From Candidatus Saccharimonas sp. (GTDB lineage Bacteria > Patescibacteriota > Saccharimonadia > Saccharimonadales > Saccharimonadaceae): a stretch of 32,000 nucleotides of DNA. The position numbers and the translations under genes are program-made. Below are positions 8,372 through 16,600 of this stretch, in pieces; position 1 is the first letter of the stretch, and each line of letters opens with the position of its first letter. The notes under the pieces were generated by a model. It did no database searches. It was given only the letters and a program-made list of their open reading frames with translations, and had not been told where the DNA came from. The stretch covers positions 90,001-122,000 of the forward strand of contig CP076101.2 in the NCBI GenBank assembly GCA_015256915.3. Reading direction: 5' to 3'.

Positions 8372-8515
8372 AAGCCCTGCTGGCGAATGATTTTTCCTGA
8401 ATAATCATTTATAAAGGAACTCCAAACGATGATCTACTATCGTGGTAGTAGGTTGAGGAGGTATCCACCGTATAATTTTATGCGGGGAAAATATCAAAGT
8501 TGGCGGGGCTTTTTA
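8372..8515 (+). ncRNA. Unclassified small structured RNA (~140 nt) with its own promoter and terminator-like 3' end
   Basis: An extended -10 TGgTATAAT (8357-8365) lies 7 nt upstream. A closing stem joins agccctgct (8373-8381) and ggcggggct (8502-8510, two G-U pairs), followed by TTTTT. Internal hairpins are aatgatt/aatcatt, ctacta/tagtag and ccgtata/tatgcgg. There is no ORF. Confidence 0.4.
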
Positions 8516-8542
8516 TATTTGTTGAAATTTGATATAATAGAA

Positions 8543-8866
8543 GATAGCTTGTTAGATGGTCGCTAATTTAAAATTAGAGGAAAGTCCGGGCAGCATAGAG
8601 CAAGGCAGTTGTTAACGACAACCGAGGGAAACCTTAGGGAAAGTGCCACAGAAACGATACCGCCTGAAAAGGTAAGGGTGAAAGGAGTGAGGTAAGAGCT
8701 CACAGTTGCTCGCGGTGACGCGAAGTAAGAGGTAAACCCTGTCTGCTGCAAGGAGAATTATAAAAATGGTTGCTCGCCATAATTCGATAACCGCTTGATT
8801 TAAGGAGTAATTCTTAAACTAGATAGATGACTATCCACGACAGAACCCGGCTTATAGACAAGCTTT
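8543..8866 (+). ncRNA. rnpB: RNase P RNA (bacterial type)
   Basis: Universally conserved GAGGAAAGTCCGGGC is present near the 5' end and ACAGAACCCGGCTTA near the 3' end. The P1 stem is agcttgt (8546-8552) / acaagct (8858-8864). A TGaTATAAT promoter sits at 8530-8538. Confidence 0.88.
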
Positions 8867-8876
8867 TAATTTTAAA

Positions 8877-8912
8877 CTAAAAATCACACCTCTTTCGAAA
8901 GTGTGATTTTTA
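8877..8912. terminator. Bidirectional terminator between rnpB (+) and rplT (-)
   Basis: atcacac (8882-8888) / gtgtgat (8900-8906), flanked by AAAAA and TTTTT. The loop carries TTTCGAAA. Confidence 0.65.
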
Positions 8913-8927
8913 GTTTTTATTGAAGAA

Positions 8928-9269
8928 TTACTTTACTGATTCAACAATTTTCGCAAAAGCTTTTGGTTCGCTAACTGCTAATTCTGCAAGAACTTTTCGG
9001 TCAAGTTCAATATTTTTAGCTTTCAAGCCAGCGATAAGCTTTCCGTAAGTGATTCCGTTTTCGCGCGCTGCAATATTGATTCGAGTAATCCATAGGGCTC
9101 GAAGATCTCGTTTGCGATTTCGGCGGTCACGATATGCGTATTGCAATGAGCGGATTACGCCTTGTTTAGCTAATCGATATGAGCGTGTTCGCGCATGTTG
9201 CATACCCTTAGCTGCTTTTAGGATTTTCTTATGCTTTGCTCGTGCTGTTACACCTCGTTTTACTCGCAT
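8928..9269 (-). CDS. rplT: 50S ribosomal protein L20
   Basis: [22 protein letters not shown]...[26 protein letters not shown]. Confidence 0.95.
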   Translation of the reverse strand: MRVKRGVTARAKHKKILKAAKGMQHARTRSYRLAKQGVIRSLQYAYRDRRNRKRDLRALWITRINIAARENGITYGKLIAGLKAKNIELDRKVLAELAVSEPKAFAKIVESVK

Positions 9270-9270
9270 A

Positions 9271-9468
9271 TTATTTTACTCCCAATGCTCGTTTAATATT
9301 TTTAGCCATTGCTCCTTCTACAGTTGCAGTGGTGTTAATTCGTCGTTTTCGACTTTTGCTTTTCTTGGAAAGCATGTGGTTCTTAAAGGCCCGACGGCGT
9401 ACTACTTTGCCGCTTCCAGTAAGCTTCATTCGCTTTGCTGTGCCCTTATGTGTTTTTAATTTAGGCAT
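9271..9468 (-). CDS. rpmI: 50S ribosomal protein L35
   Basis: [33 protein letters not shown]... Confidence 0.95.
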   Translation of the reverse strand: MPKLKTHKGTAKRMKLTGSGKVVRRRAFKNHMLSKKSKSRKRRINTTATVEGAMAKNIKRALGVK

Positions 9469-9470
9469 TA

Positions 9471-10013
9471 TTATTTACTCCTTACTACCAAACTCAGATT
9501 GCGGCCAGCCATCTGAGGTTTTTGCTCGACTATAGCTTCTTCTTCGAGAAGGGAAACAATTTTATCAGCCATTTCAAATCCAATTTCTTTATGAGCCATT
9601 TCTCGACCCTTGAAAACGATTTGAATTTTAACTTTATTTCCTGCAGACAAGAATTTTTTAACTTTTCGAAGTTTTATATCCAGGTCTCCAGAACCAATTT
9701 TTAGCCCAAAGCGCATTTGTTTAAGTTCAACTTGTTTGGCTTTACGCTTATTCTTCTGCTGTTCTTTCATTTTTTGATATTGGAATTTACCCCAATCAAT
9801 AATTTTAACAACAGGCGGTTCAGCGTTTGGTGAGATTTCTACAAGATCTAGTCCTGCTTCTTGAGCAAGATTAAAAGCCTCTTTCGAACTCATAATTCCA
9901 AGTTGTTCGCCACTTTGACCGATAACGCGAACTTCGCGAGCGCGAATTTCTTCGTTTATTCGAATTTTTTTGCTAATAATTTTCCTTCCTTTCGAATTGC
10001 TATTTTTCAGCAA
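9471..10013 (-). CDS. infC: Translation initiation factor IF-3
   Basis: INEEIRAREVRVIG..., KQVELKQMRFGLKIGSGDLDIKL. The track start is TTG 10013, which has no SD. An SD-preceded ATT at 9980 or 9977 is the more likely start. Confidence 0.9.
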   Translation of the reverse strand: MLKNSNSKGRKIISKKIRINEEIRAREVRVIGQSGEQLGIMSSKEAFNLAQEAGLDLVEISPNAEPPVVKIIDWGKFQYQKMKEQQKNKRKAKQVELKQMRFGLKIGSGDLDIKLRKVKKFLSAGNKVKIQIVFKGREMAHKEIGFEMADKIVSLLEEEAIVEQKPQMAGRNLSLVVRSK

Positions 10014-10065
10014 TTTACTCGCATATTATTTTATCAAATTTTTTAAAATAAATCAAGTATTTTAC

Positions 10066-11571
10066 TTAATTTTCATTTTTATGACGATATTGTAAAGCTT
10101 CGCTAATGTGATTTACTTTAATATCTTTTGATGAATTAAGGTCTGCGATTGTGCGCGAAACTTTAAGTATCTTTAGAAATGCTCGAGCGGATAGGTCAAG
10201 CCTTGATGTTGCTAAATTTAATAGATCTTCAGCTTCTTTCGAAATATTAAATCTATTTTTTACATCATTAGTTTTAACCATACTGTTGTATAAATTACTG
10301 CAATCATAACGCTTATGCTGTAATTCTAACGACATCTCTATCTGTTTTTTAGCATTAGCATGTTCAGAATTTTGATTGTTATTCTTTGAAAGAAGATTTT
10401 TGTTATGTATTCTATCAACATTAACAACCATATCAATTCTATCCATTAACGGTCCAGAAAGCTTTCTTTGGTAATTAAGAATTTGTGTGGATGAACAAGT
10501 GCATTCTTTTGTTGTGTCTCCATAAAAACCACAAGGGCAGGGGTTCATTGTTGCAATAAGCATAAAATTTGCAGGATAAGAGCTTTTTCGATTTGTGCGA
10601 GTTATGGTTATTTTTCTATCTTCTAACGGCTGCCGTAAGCTTTCGAGTATAGATTTGGGGAATTCTGGCATTTCGTCTAAAAATAGAACACCATTGTGTG
10701 CTAGACTAATCTCGCCAGGTAAAGCTTTCGAACCGCCTCCAATTATGGAAACTTTACTTGCGGTATGATGTGGCGTGCGAAAAGGCCTCAAAATATTTGA
10801 GTTAATTTCATCAACTAAACCGTGAATTTTTAAAACTTCTAATAACTCACTTTTCGAAAGCGGTGGCAGTAGATTTAAGGCGGCTTGGGCAAGCATTGTT
10901 TTTCCTGTTCCTGGAGGGCCAGTTAGTAGTATATTGTGCCTTCCAGCTATCGCGATAGTTAGAGCTCTTTTTGCTTGTTCTTGACTGATAATATCATCGA
11001 GAATAATGCCATCGTTATTATCTTTAAAAGTGTTAATATTTTCTTCATTTTTTATTATTTTTTCATTTTTAAGATGAAGAAAAATATCTTTAAGATTTCT
11101 TGCGCCAATTAATTTTACACCGTCTATTATTGAGCTTGTTCCTAAATTTTCAATAGGTAAGAAAATTTCTTTAATTCCGTGGCTTCGAAGTTTTTCGACA
11201 ATATTGATAATACCTTTAATTGGTCTAAGATCTCCATTTAGTGATAACTCGCCAACAAATACGCGGGATTTTAATTCGTGCTGCTTTAGTTGGTTTGAGA
11301 GCGTTAAAATCGAAATTGCAATAGGTAGGTCGAAAAAAGTTCCGTCTTTTGGAATTTCTGCAGGTGCTAAATTGATGATAATTTTCTTAGCAGGGAAATC
11401 TAACATTGAGTTTTTAATTGCGCTTCGAACTCGCTCTTTTGCTTCATCGATTGCTTTATTTCCCATTCCAACAATTTGTAGGCTTGGTAATCCTTTCGAA
11501 GAATCTCCTTCCACCTCAATAATCTCTGCTTCATAGCCAATTGGTGCGGCTGATATAACTTTACTCACCAT
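10066..11571 (-). CDS. comM: YifB/ComM family Mg-chelatase-like AAA+ ATPase (competence-associated)
   Basis: Lon-protease-like N-terminal domain (IIEVEGDSSKGLPSLQIVGMGNKAIDEAKERV). Walker A LTGPPGTGKTM. GVLFLDEMPEF. Cys cluster NPCPCGFYGD..C.C. C-terminal SARAFLKILKVSRTIADL. Confidence 0.88.
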   Translation of the reverse strand: MVSKVISAAPIGYEAEIIEVEGDSSKGLPSLQIVGMGNKAIDEAKERVRSAIKNSMLDFPAKKIIINLAPAEIPKDGTFFDLPIAISILTLSNQLKQHELKSRVFVGELSLNGDLRPIKGIINIVEKLRSHGIKEIFLPIENLGTSSIIDGVKLIGARNLKDIFLHLKNEKIIKNEENINTFKDNNDGIILDDIISQEQAKRALTIAIAGRHNILLTGPPGTGKTMLAQAALNLLPPLSKSELLEVLKIHGLVDEINSNILRPFRTPHHTASKVSIIGGGSKALPGEISLAHNGVLFLDEMPEFPKSILESLRQPLEDRKITITRTNRKSSYPANFMLIATMNPCPCGFYGDTTKECTCSSTQILNYQRKLSGPLMDRIDMVVNVDRIHNKNLLSKNNNQNSEHANAKKQIEMSLELQHKRYDCSNLYNSMVKTNDVKNRFNISKEAEDLLNLATSRLDLSARAFLKILKVSRTIADLNSSKDIKVNHISEALQYRHKNEN

Positions 11572-11634
11572 AATGTAATAATTTTATCATAAGCATTTAA
11601 AAATCTCAATTTTATGATATAATGTAAATATGTT

Positions 11635-12013
11635 GGGGCTGAATTAGCTTTAGACAAGAGGAATTTAACAGTTTGGCTTGCAAGTCGTTTACTGCGTAAA
11701 GTATTAAATAAATGCAAAAAACTTTGCAGCTAAAGTTGCAGCATTCTTTGCTCCAGCTTCAGCACCAGTTGCTGCTTAATTTTATTGGCAACCATTTTTC
11801 GAAATGGGGCAGTGTGTATTTCGAAAAGTGTCATATTTTTTTCACTGATAGCTTAAAATTTTCGCGATAAATTTTAAGTGAGATTTTTTTCGCAACTTTT
11901 AATATATTTTTGTTGATTTTTTAAGTATTAAATTTTAACCAAAATTGACTAAACTTGTAGAAGGCTAAAATGTTACCTTTTGGACCCGAGGGCAGTTCTC
12001 GGCAGCTCCACCA
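11635..12013 (+). ncRNA. ssrA: tmRNA (SsrA), tag peptide AKNFAAKVAAFFAPASAPVAA
   Basis: The 5' GGGGCTG pairs with 3' CAGCTCC-A-CCA (G3-U70 alanine identity). T-arm ccgag/ctcgg. The tag reading frame runs from GCA 11714 to TAA 11777-11779 (21 codons) and ends in the ...VAA typical of SsrA tags. A TGaTATAAT promoter sits at 11614-11622. Confidence 0.9.
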
Positions 12014-12029
12014 AAAATATTCTTAAGAG

Positions 12030-12060
12030 CATCTTTCATATAAGATGTTTTTTATTTTTT
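12030..12060 (+). terminator. Intrinsic terminator of ssrA
   Basis: catctt (12030-12035) / aagatg (12042-12047), followed by TTTTTTaTTTTTT. Confidence 0.65.
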
Positions 12061-12689
12061 GAAAAATAAAAATGAGCGACTGCGAGGAACGCTCATTTTA
12101 TAAATAGTAATGTGGAGTTTTTGATTTTTAATTTTAGAGTTTTATGTGAACTGCGGGATTCACTTGAAATAATTTTTATTTTTGGCTCATGTATAAACTT
12201 TTTATTCATAAGCTACCTCTATAATAATCTAAAATAAGCATAAAGTCAATACTTTTTTGTATAATTTTTTTGTTCATTAAAATTAACAGATTTAAACATG
12301 TTAAAAGTACAACAAAACTAATTTTATTGCGCTTATGGTATTGACTTTTCGAAAAGCTTGTGATAGAATAAGAATAGCTTTGAAAGAAATAAAAAGCAAA
12401 AATAAAAAACAGTATTGTACATTTCACCAAGCACATTAGAAATTTTAAAATTTAATAATTTTGAGTTGTCCGTTAGACTTTTTACGGAGTTTGAACGGCG
12501 ATTTGAAATTAAGGTTTATAAAATCGTCATTGGATTTTTAACTTATTTTCGAAACGCCAAAAAGCTCCGCAAATAGTATAGATGCGTAGAGCGCTGAGGC
12601 ACTAAAATAAGTACTTGTATCTTCAAAAGAAGATATTTAAGGAACCCTCAATGAAATATGCTTCTCCTTGCGAGAAGCGGTCAACTAGC

Positions 12690-12718
12690 TCAAAAGAGTA
12701 GGCATCAAAAGAGTAGGC
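12690..12718 (+). repeat. Tandem direct repeat, 2 x 14 bp (tcaaaagagtaggc) with 15-bp period, ~35 bp upstream of the 12752 ORF
   Basis: 12690-12703 and 12705-12718 are identical. Confidence 0.7.
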
Positions 12719-12751
12719 CGTAGACCACATATTTTAGTAAGGTATTTTGTT

Positions 12752-13216
12752 ATGATGGAAATCTACTTGTTTGCTCTTTGTACTTGCTTACTCTTTGGGC
12801 TGAATCTAACAAAATGGTATTATATTATGATTTCAAAAATTATTTTTAGTCTGTCTGGGTTGTCGGGTGTTGGTATTTTTTTAATGCTCACTCAAACTTC
12901 TCCTAATAAAGTTGGTCCGGTTGGGATCCTTGCATTATTTGCGATGATATATTTGGTCTTTCTTGGTATTATTGCGATATTTTTATATTCTTCACATCGG
13001 GTTTTTTCGCTTGCATATTCTTTAGTCAGAAAGGGCCAGCCTTCACTAAAAAAACAAGAAAAAAATCCAGCTTTCTTTTTGAAATATTCTGCTGCGCTCG
13101 CTTTTGCTCCAATTGGAATTATAGCAAAACAATCCACCGGCGGAGTCGGAGTATTCGAAATATTATTATTGATAATTATTGAAGCAATCGCAATAATTTA
13201 CATTTCAAAACGCTAA
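12752..13216 (+). CDS. Hypothetical polytopic membrane protein (~4 TM)
   Basis: The ORF has four long hydrophobic segments and a KKQEKN loop. No family was recognised. The start is uncertain (ATG 12752/12755 or 12827). Confidence 0.5.
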   Translation: MMEIYLFALCTCLLFGLNLTKWYYIMISKIIFSLSGLSGVGIFLMLTQTSPNKVGPVGILALFAMIYLVFLGIIAIFLYSSHRVFSLAYSLVRKGQPSLKKQEKNPAFFLKYSAALAFAPIGIIAKQSTGGVGVFEILLLIIIEAIAIIYISKR

Positions 13217-13239
13217 CGTTTGTGATATAATAGTTATAT

Positions 13240-13650
13240 ATGGAACCGCAAAAAAATCTTGAAATTCCACGAGTTTTTGAAGCTCAATCGCAACCAACAA
13301 ATAATCCTCACGAAGTGGGGAATTTTGGCTTTGAGCAAAATATAAACAGAATTGATAGTGATAAGGCTAGAGCCGAAGCTATGCAAGCTTTTTCGAATCA
13401 AGATTCTCAGCAGCCAATTTCACAAGCTATTTTGCCAGCAGTTCAGGAATCATCGGCAAACAGCCCAGTAGCTGTAGTTCCAGCTACTGCAAGAGATATC
13501 GACCTTATGGAAGATGAATGGGTGAAAGATTTGAAGAAGATGATAGTTGAAACTAAGGGCGATCCATATGCTCGTGAGGTTCGATTTAAAGAAATGCAGA
13601 TAGACTATTTGAAAAAAAGATATAACAGAATTATAAATGGTGGGAAGTAA
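13240..13650 (+). CDS. Hypothetical small protein, disordered Q/S/A-rich N-terminal half and charged helical C-terminal half
   Basis: The ATG lies 8 nt after a TGaTATAAT -10 (13223-13231), so the mRNA is probably leaderless. Its stop overlaps the next ATG (TAATG at 13648-13652), coupling it translationally to the ATPase. Confidence 0.6.
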   Translation: MEPQKNLEIPRVFEAQSQPTNNPHEVGNFGFEQNINRIDSDKARAEAMQAFSNQDSQQPISQAILPAVQESSANSPVAVVPATARDIDLMEDEWVKDLKKMIVETKGDPYAREVRFKEMQIDYLKKRYNRIINGGK

Positions 13651-16577
13651 TGGGGATTTGGATAATATTATTTATTAGCTTTGTAATTATTTGCGTGGCT
13701 TCTTATTTTGCTTTTGACCAATATAAAAGAATGGTCCAAGAGGCAAAAAATTATGAGCGTGGTTTAAAAATGGTGCCAATTCGAATTCACCTTCCGCCAC
13801 CAAGCGATGACCTTGAGGTTGGTGGTCGTGATGAACGGGATGTTGTAGACGAAGTTCTTTCTGAAGCTCAAACAATGTATAATATTATCGCAAGCACTGC
13901 AACAAAAGGGTTTAAAACTAAACTTTATGGTCAAAGACATATTTCTTTCGAAATTGTTGCAAGCGACGGTCTTGTTCGTTATTATGCGGTCGTTCCTGCG
14001 GTTTTAACCGAAACTATCAAGCAAGCAATCTCTGCTGCATACCCAGCGGCTCGTCTTGAAGAAGTTGAAATGGAAAATATTTTTTCTCAACAAGGAAAGA
14101 TGCAAGGTGTGATTGGGGGTGAATTTGAACTTAAAAAAGACTACTTTTATCCAATTGCAACGTATCAAGAAAGTCGTCGTGATGCTGCCCGTGCATTATT
14201 GGATGCCTTGAGTGGTGTTGAACGTGGAGATGGAGCAGCTATTCAAATTATGTTCAGGCCTGCACCTGAGAGCTGGACTCTTAAATCTAATGAAAAGGTT
14301 GAGTCAATTCGAAAGGGCAAAGGTAAGAAAAATAATAATACTACAGCCGTACTTGATATTATGGAGGCTTTGTGGAAACCACCTACATACGGTTTAAATA
14401 CTTCAAATACCGAATATCCACAACTTACGGCTTTAGAAAATGAAGAAATCCAAGCAATTGAAGATAAAACTAAATATCCAGGTTATGAAGTTTTAACTCG
14501 GGTGGTAACTTCTTCTTCAACGGCTTCGAAAAGTCAAGCAATTTTACAATCTATTGTTTCAGCATTTTCTTTATTTGATTCACCGCGATATAATGGATTC
14601 AAATTTAATATGACTAATAATATTGACGAATTAGTTACTGCTTATATTTTTCGATTTTTCCCTCAAAGTACGAATCAAAATATCTTGAATAGTGTTGAAC
14701 TTTCAACAATTTTTCACTTGCCAAATCAAAATTCAATTCCAACGGGCAAAATTGAGCGTCAAAGAATTCGACAAGTTGATGGTCCAACTGAGCTAATGAA
14801 AGAAGGTCTATTGATTGGAGTAAATGAGTTCCGCGGTGTTGAAAAGCAAATTCGTCTTGGAGTTAACGATCGCCGCCGCCATACATATATCATTGGTCAG
14901 ACTGGTATGGGTAAATCTAAGCTCCTTGAAAATTTGGCTTATCAAGATATAATGGACGGACGAGGTTTCTGTTTTATTGATCCGCATGGAGATTCTGTTG
15001 AAGAATTACTTGGGATGATTCCTCAATCTCGAATGGACGATGTGATTTATTTCGATCCGAGTGATACCGAGAATCCACTTGGTTTTAATATTTTTGAGGC
15101 CTCAAGTCCTGAAGAGATGGATTTTGTGATTTCCGAGACTAATTCAATGCTGAAATCTCTCTATGATCCAGGAAATACTGGTGTTGTCGGCCCTCGAATG
15201 GAAAATATTGTTCGAAATGCGGCATTACTACTAATGAGCGACCCAGATGGAGGAACTTTTATGGATATTCCAAAAGTCCTTGTTGACCCAGAGTTCGCAA
15301 AGCAAAAAATTAAGTACCTTCGAAATCAACGCGCAATCGACTTTTGGACTAAAGAGTGGCCAGCTTCGCAAAAATCTAATGATGCAGGAGAACTTGTTTC
15401 TTGGGTTGTTTCTAAGTGGGCGCCCTTCGAAAGTGGCTTGGTTAATAATATTATTGGCCAAAAAAAGAGTGCATTTAGTATTCGCGAAGTTATGGATAAT
15501 AATAAGATTTTGCTCGTAAATCTTTCGAAAGGTAAACTTGGAGAGGCAGCAGCAAAACTCCTTGGTATGGTTTTTGTGATGAAGTTTCAAGCGGCAGCAA
15601 TGAGTCGCGCAGATATACCTGAAGACCAGCGAAAAGATTTTTGTCTATTTGTTGATGAGTTTCAAAACTTTGCAACCGATTCTTTTGAATCTATTTTGTC
15701 TGAAGCTCGAAAATATCGCCTGAATTTAATTTTGGCAAACCAGTTTACAACTCAGTTGAAAGATTCGATCAAGGGTGCTATTTTTGGTAACGTTCCTAAC
15801 AAGATTGTTGGTAGGATTGGTATTGATGATGCGGAAGTTCTTCAAAAGGCCTTTACACCAACATTTACCGCTGAAGATTTAACCAAAACGCCTAATTATA
15901 ATTCAATTACGACTGTTTTAGTTAATGGATTTCCGTCAGCTCCATTCACAATGAAACTTTTGCCTCCTTTTGGTAAATCCAATCCGGAGATTCGTGAAGG
16001 ACTTCGAAAATATTCAGCTTCAAAATATGGTCGTCCTCGAGCTATTGTTGAAGATGAAATTCGAAGGCGTTTAAGTGTTAATCCTGGAGCTAATTTGTCT
16101 CAGCCGCAGTTACGCCAAACTCAGACGCAACAAAAAAATCAAGTTAGTTGGCAGGAAAGGGCGTTCTCAGGCAGCGCTAATAATGCTAATCTAAATGATT
16201 CTGGTGATAGTATTAAAAAAGATTCATTTTTGGATGATTGGCTAAAAAAGAGGGATGAAATAAGGGGCAGTAATTCAAATTCTAATACCCAACAAAATGG
16301 ACCAGATATTCCTTTAAAGAGTAATTTAGCGAGAAATTTTCAGAAAAACATTATGCAGAACCAAAGTGTAAGTTTTTATAATGCAAATAATTCAAATAAT
16401 CTAAATAATCCACAAGTTCAGCAAAACATTAAGCCGCAACAAATTCAAAATGATTCTGTAATTCAGGATATAAGAACTACGAGAATCTCTAATAACTTAA
16501 GTAATAACTCTTCTAATGCTGCTAAGAATAACTATAAAAAAGTTGATGATGGCGAGGTTATATTTAAAATCAGGTAG
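13650..16577 (+). CDS. Membrane-anchored VirD4/TraD/TraG-like (FtsK-HerA superfamily) P-loop ATPase with an N-terminal unknown domain and a Q/N-rich C-terminal tail
   Basis: N-terminal TM helix (IWIILFISFVIICVASYFAF). Walker A HTYIIGQTGMGKSK followed by FCFIDPHGD. Walker B-type FCLFVDEFQNF. RKYRLNLILANQFTTQL (coupling-protein-like C-terminal motif). The last ~165 aa are low-complexity N/Q/S. Confidence 0.8.
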   Translation: MGIWIILFISFVIICVASYFAFDQYKRMVQEAKNYERGLKMVPIRIHLPPPSDDLEVGGRDERDVVDEVLSEAQTMYNIIASTATKGFKTKLYGQRHISFEIVASDGLVRYYAVVPAVLTETIKQAISAAYPAARLEEVEMENIFSQQGKMQGVIGGEFELKKDYFYPIATYQESRRDAARALLDALSGVERGDGAAIQIMFRPAPESWTLKSNEKVESIRKGKGKKNNNTTAVLDIMEALWKPPTYGLNTSNTEYPQLTALENEEIQAIEDKTKYPGYEVLTRVVTSSSTASKSQAILQSIVSAFSLFDSPRYNGFKFNMTNNIDELVTAYIFRFFPQSTNQNILNSVELSTIFHLPNQNSIPTGKIERQRIRQVDGPTELMKEGLLIGVNEFRGVEKQIRLGVNDRRRHTYIIGQTGMGKSKLLENLAYQDIMDGRGFCFIDPHGDSVEELLGMIPQSRMDDVIYFDPSDTENPLGFNIFEASSPEEMDFVISETNSMLKSLYDPGNTGVVGPRMENIVRNAALLLMSDPDGGTFMDIPKVLVDPEFAKQKIKYLRNQRAIDFWTKEWPASQKSNDAGELVSWVVSKWAPFESGLVNNIIGQKKSAFSIREVMDNNKILLVNLSKGKLGEAAAKLLGMVFVMKFQAAAMSRADIPEDQRKDFCLFVDEFQNFATDSFESILSEARKYRLNLILANQFTTQLKDSIKGAIFGNVPNKIVGRIGIDDAEVLQKAFTPTFTAEDLTKTPNYNSITTVLVNGFPSAPFTMKLLPPFGKSNPEIREGLRKYSASKYGRPRAIVEDEIRRRLSVNPGANLSQPQLRQTQTQQKNQVSWQERAFSGSANNANLNDSGDSIKKDSFLDDWLKKRDEIRGSNSNSNTQQNGPDIPLKSNLARNFQKNIMQNQSVSFYNANNSNNLNNPQVQQNIKPQQIQNDSVIQDIRTTRISNNLSNNSSNAAKNNYKKVDDGEVIFKIR

Positions 16578-16600
16578 TTATTAACTACCTGATTTTATTT
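16566..16600. terminator. Perfect 14-bp hairpin acting as a bidirectional terminator; contains the stop codons of both convergent genes
   Basis: aaaatcaggtagtt (16566-16579), loop att, then aactacctgatttt (16583-16596). A/T tracts lie on both sides. Confidence 0.7.

Noticed and set aside
8372-8515. Identification of the small RNA as SRP (4.5S) RNA or 6S RNA.
   Set aside because: I could not find the conserved domain IV pattern (GNAR loop flanked by AGG...AGCA-type symmetric and asymmetric loops). The RNA also lacks the length and central bubble of 6S RNA. It is left unclassified.
8563-8751. 62-aa minus-strand ORF.
   Set aside because: It lies inside RNase P RNA, between the conserved GAGGAAAGTCCGGGC and ACAGAACCCGGCTTA elements.
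9049-11536. ORFs 9049..9459(+), 9236..9535(+), 9522..9704(+), 9861..10046(+), 11204..11536(+).
   Set aside because: They are antisense to rplT, rpmI, infC and comM, all of which are clearly identified.
12206-12436. 76-aa minus-strand ORF in the ssrA-downstream gap.
   Set aside because: It is a low-complexity F/I/L/K/S sequence in very AT-rich DNA with no SD. A minus-oriented hairpin at 12072-12096 keeps it barely possible as a small membrane peptide, but the support is insufficient.
12690-12718. Possible CRISPR array, or CRISPR arrays anywhere in the window.
   Set aside because: There are only two adjacent 14-bp copies with a 1-nt gap, and no spacer-repeat architecture anywhere in the 32 kb.
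13687-15675. ORFs 13687..13875(-), 14212..14397(+), 15231..15590(-), 15247..15519(+), 15490..15675(-).
   Set aside because: They are embedded in the 975-aa ATPase gene, whose frame carries Walker A/B motifs throughout.
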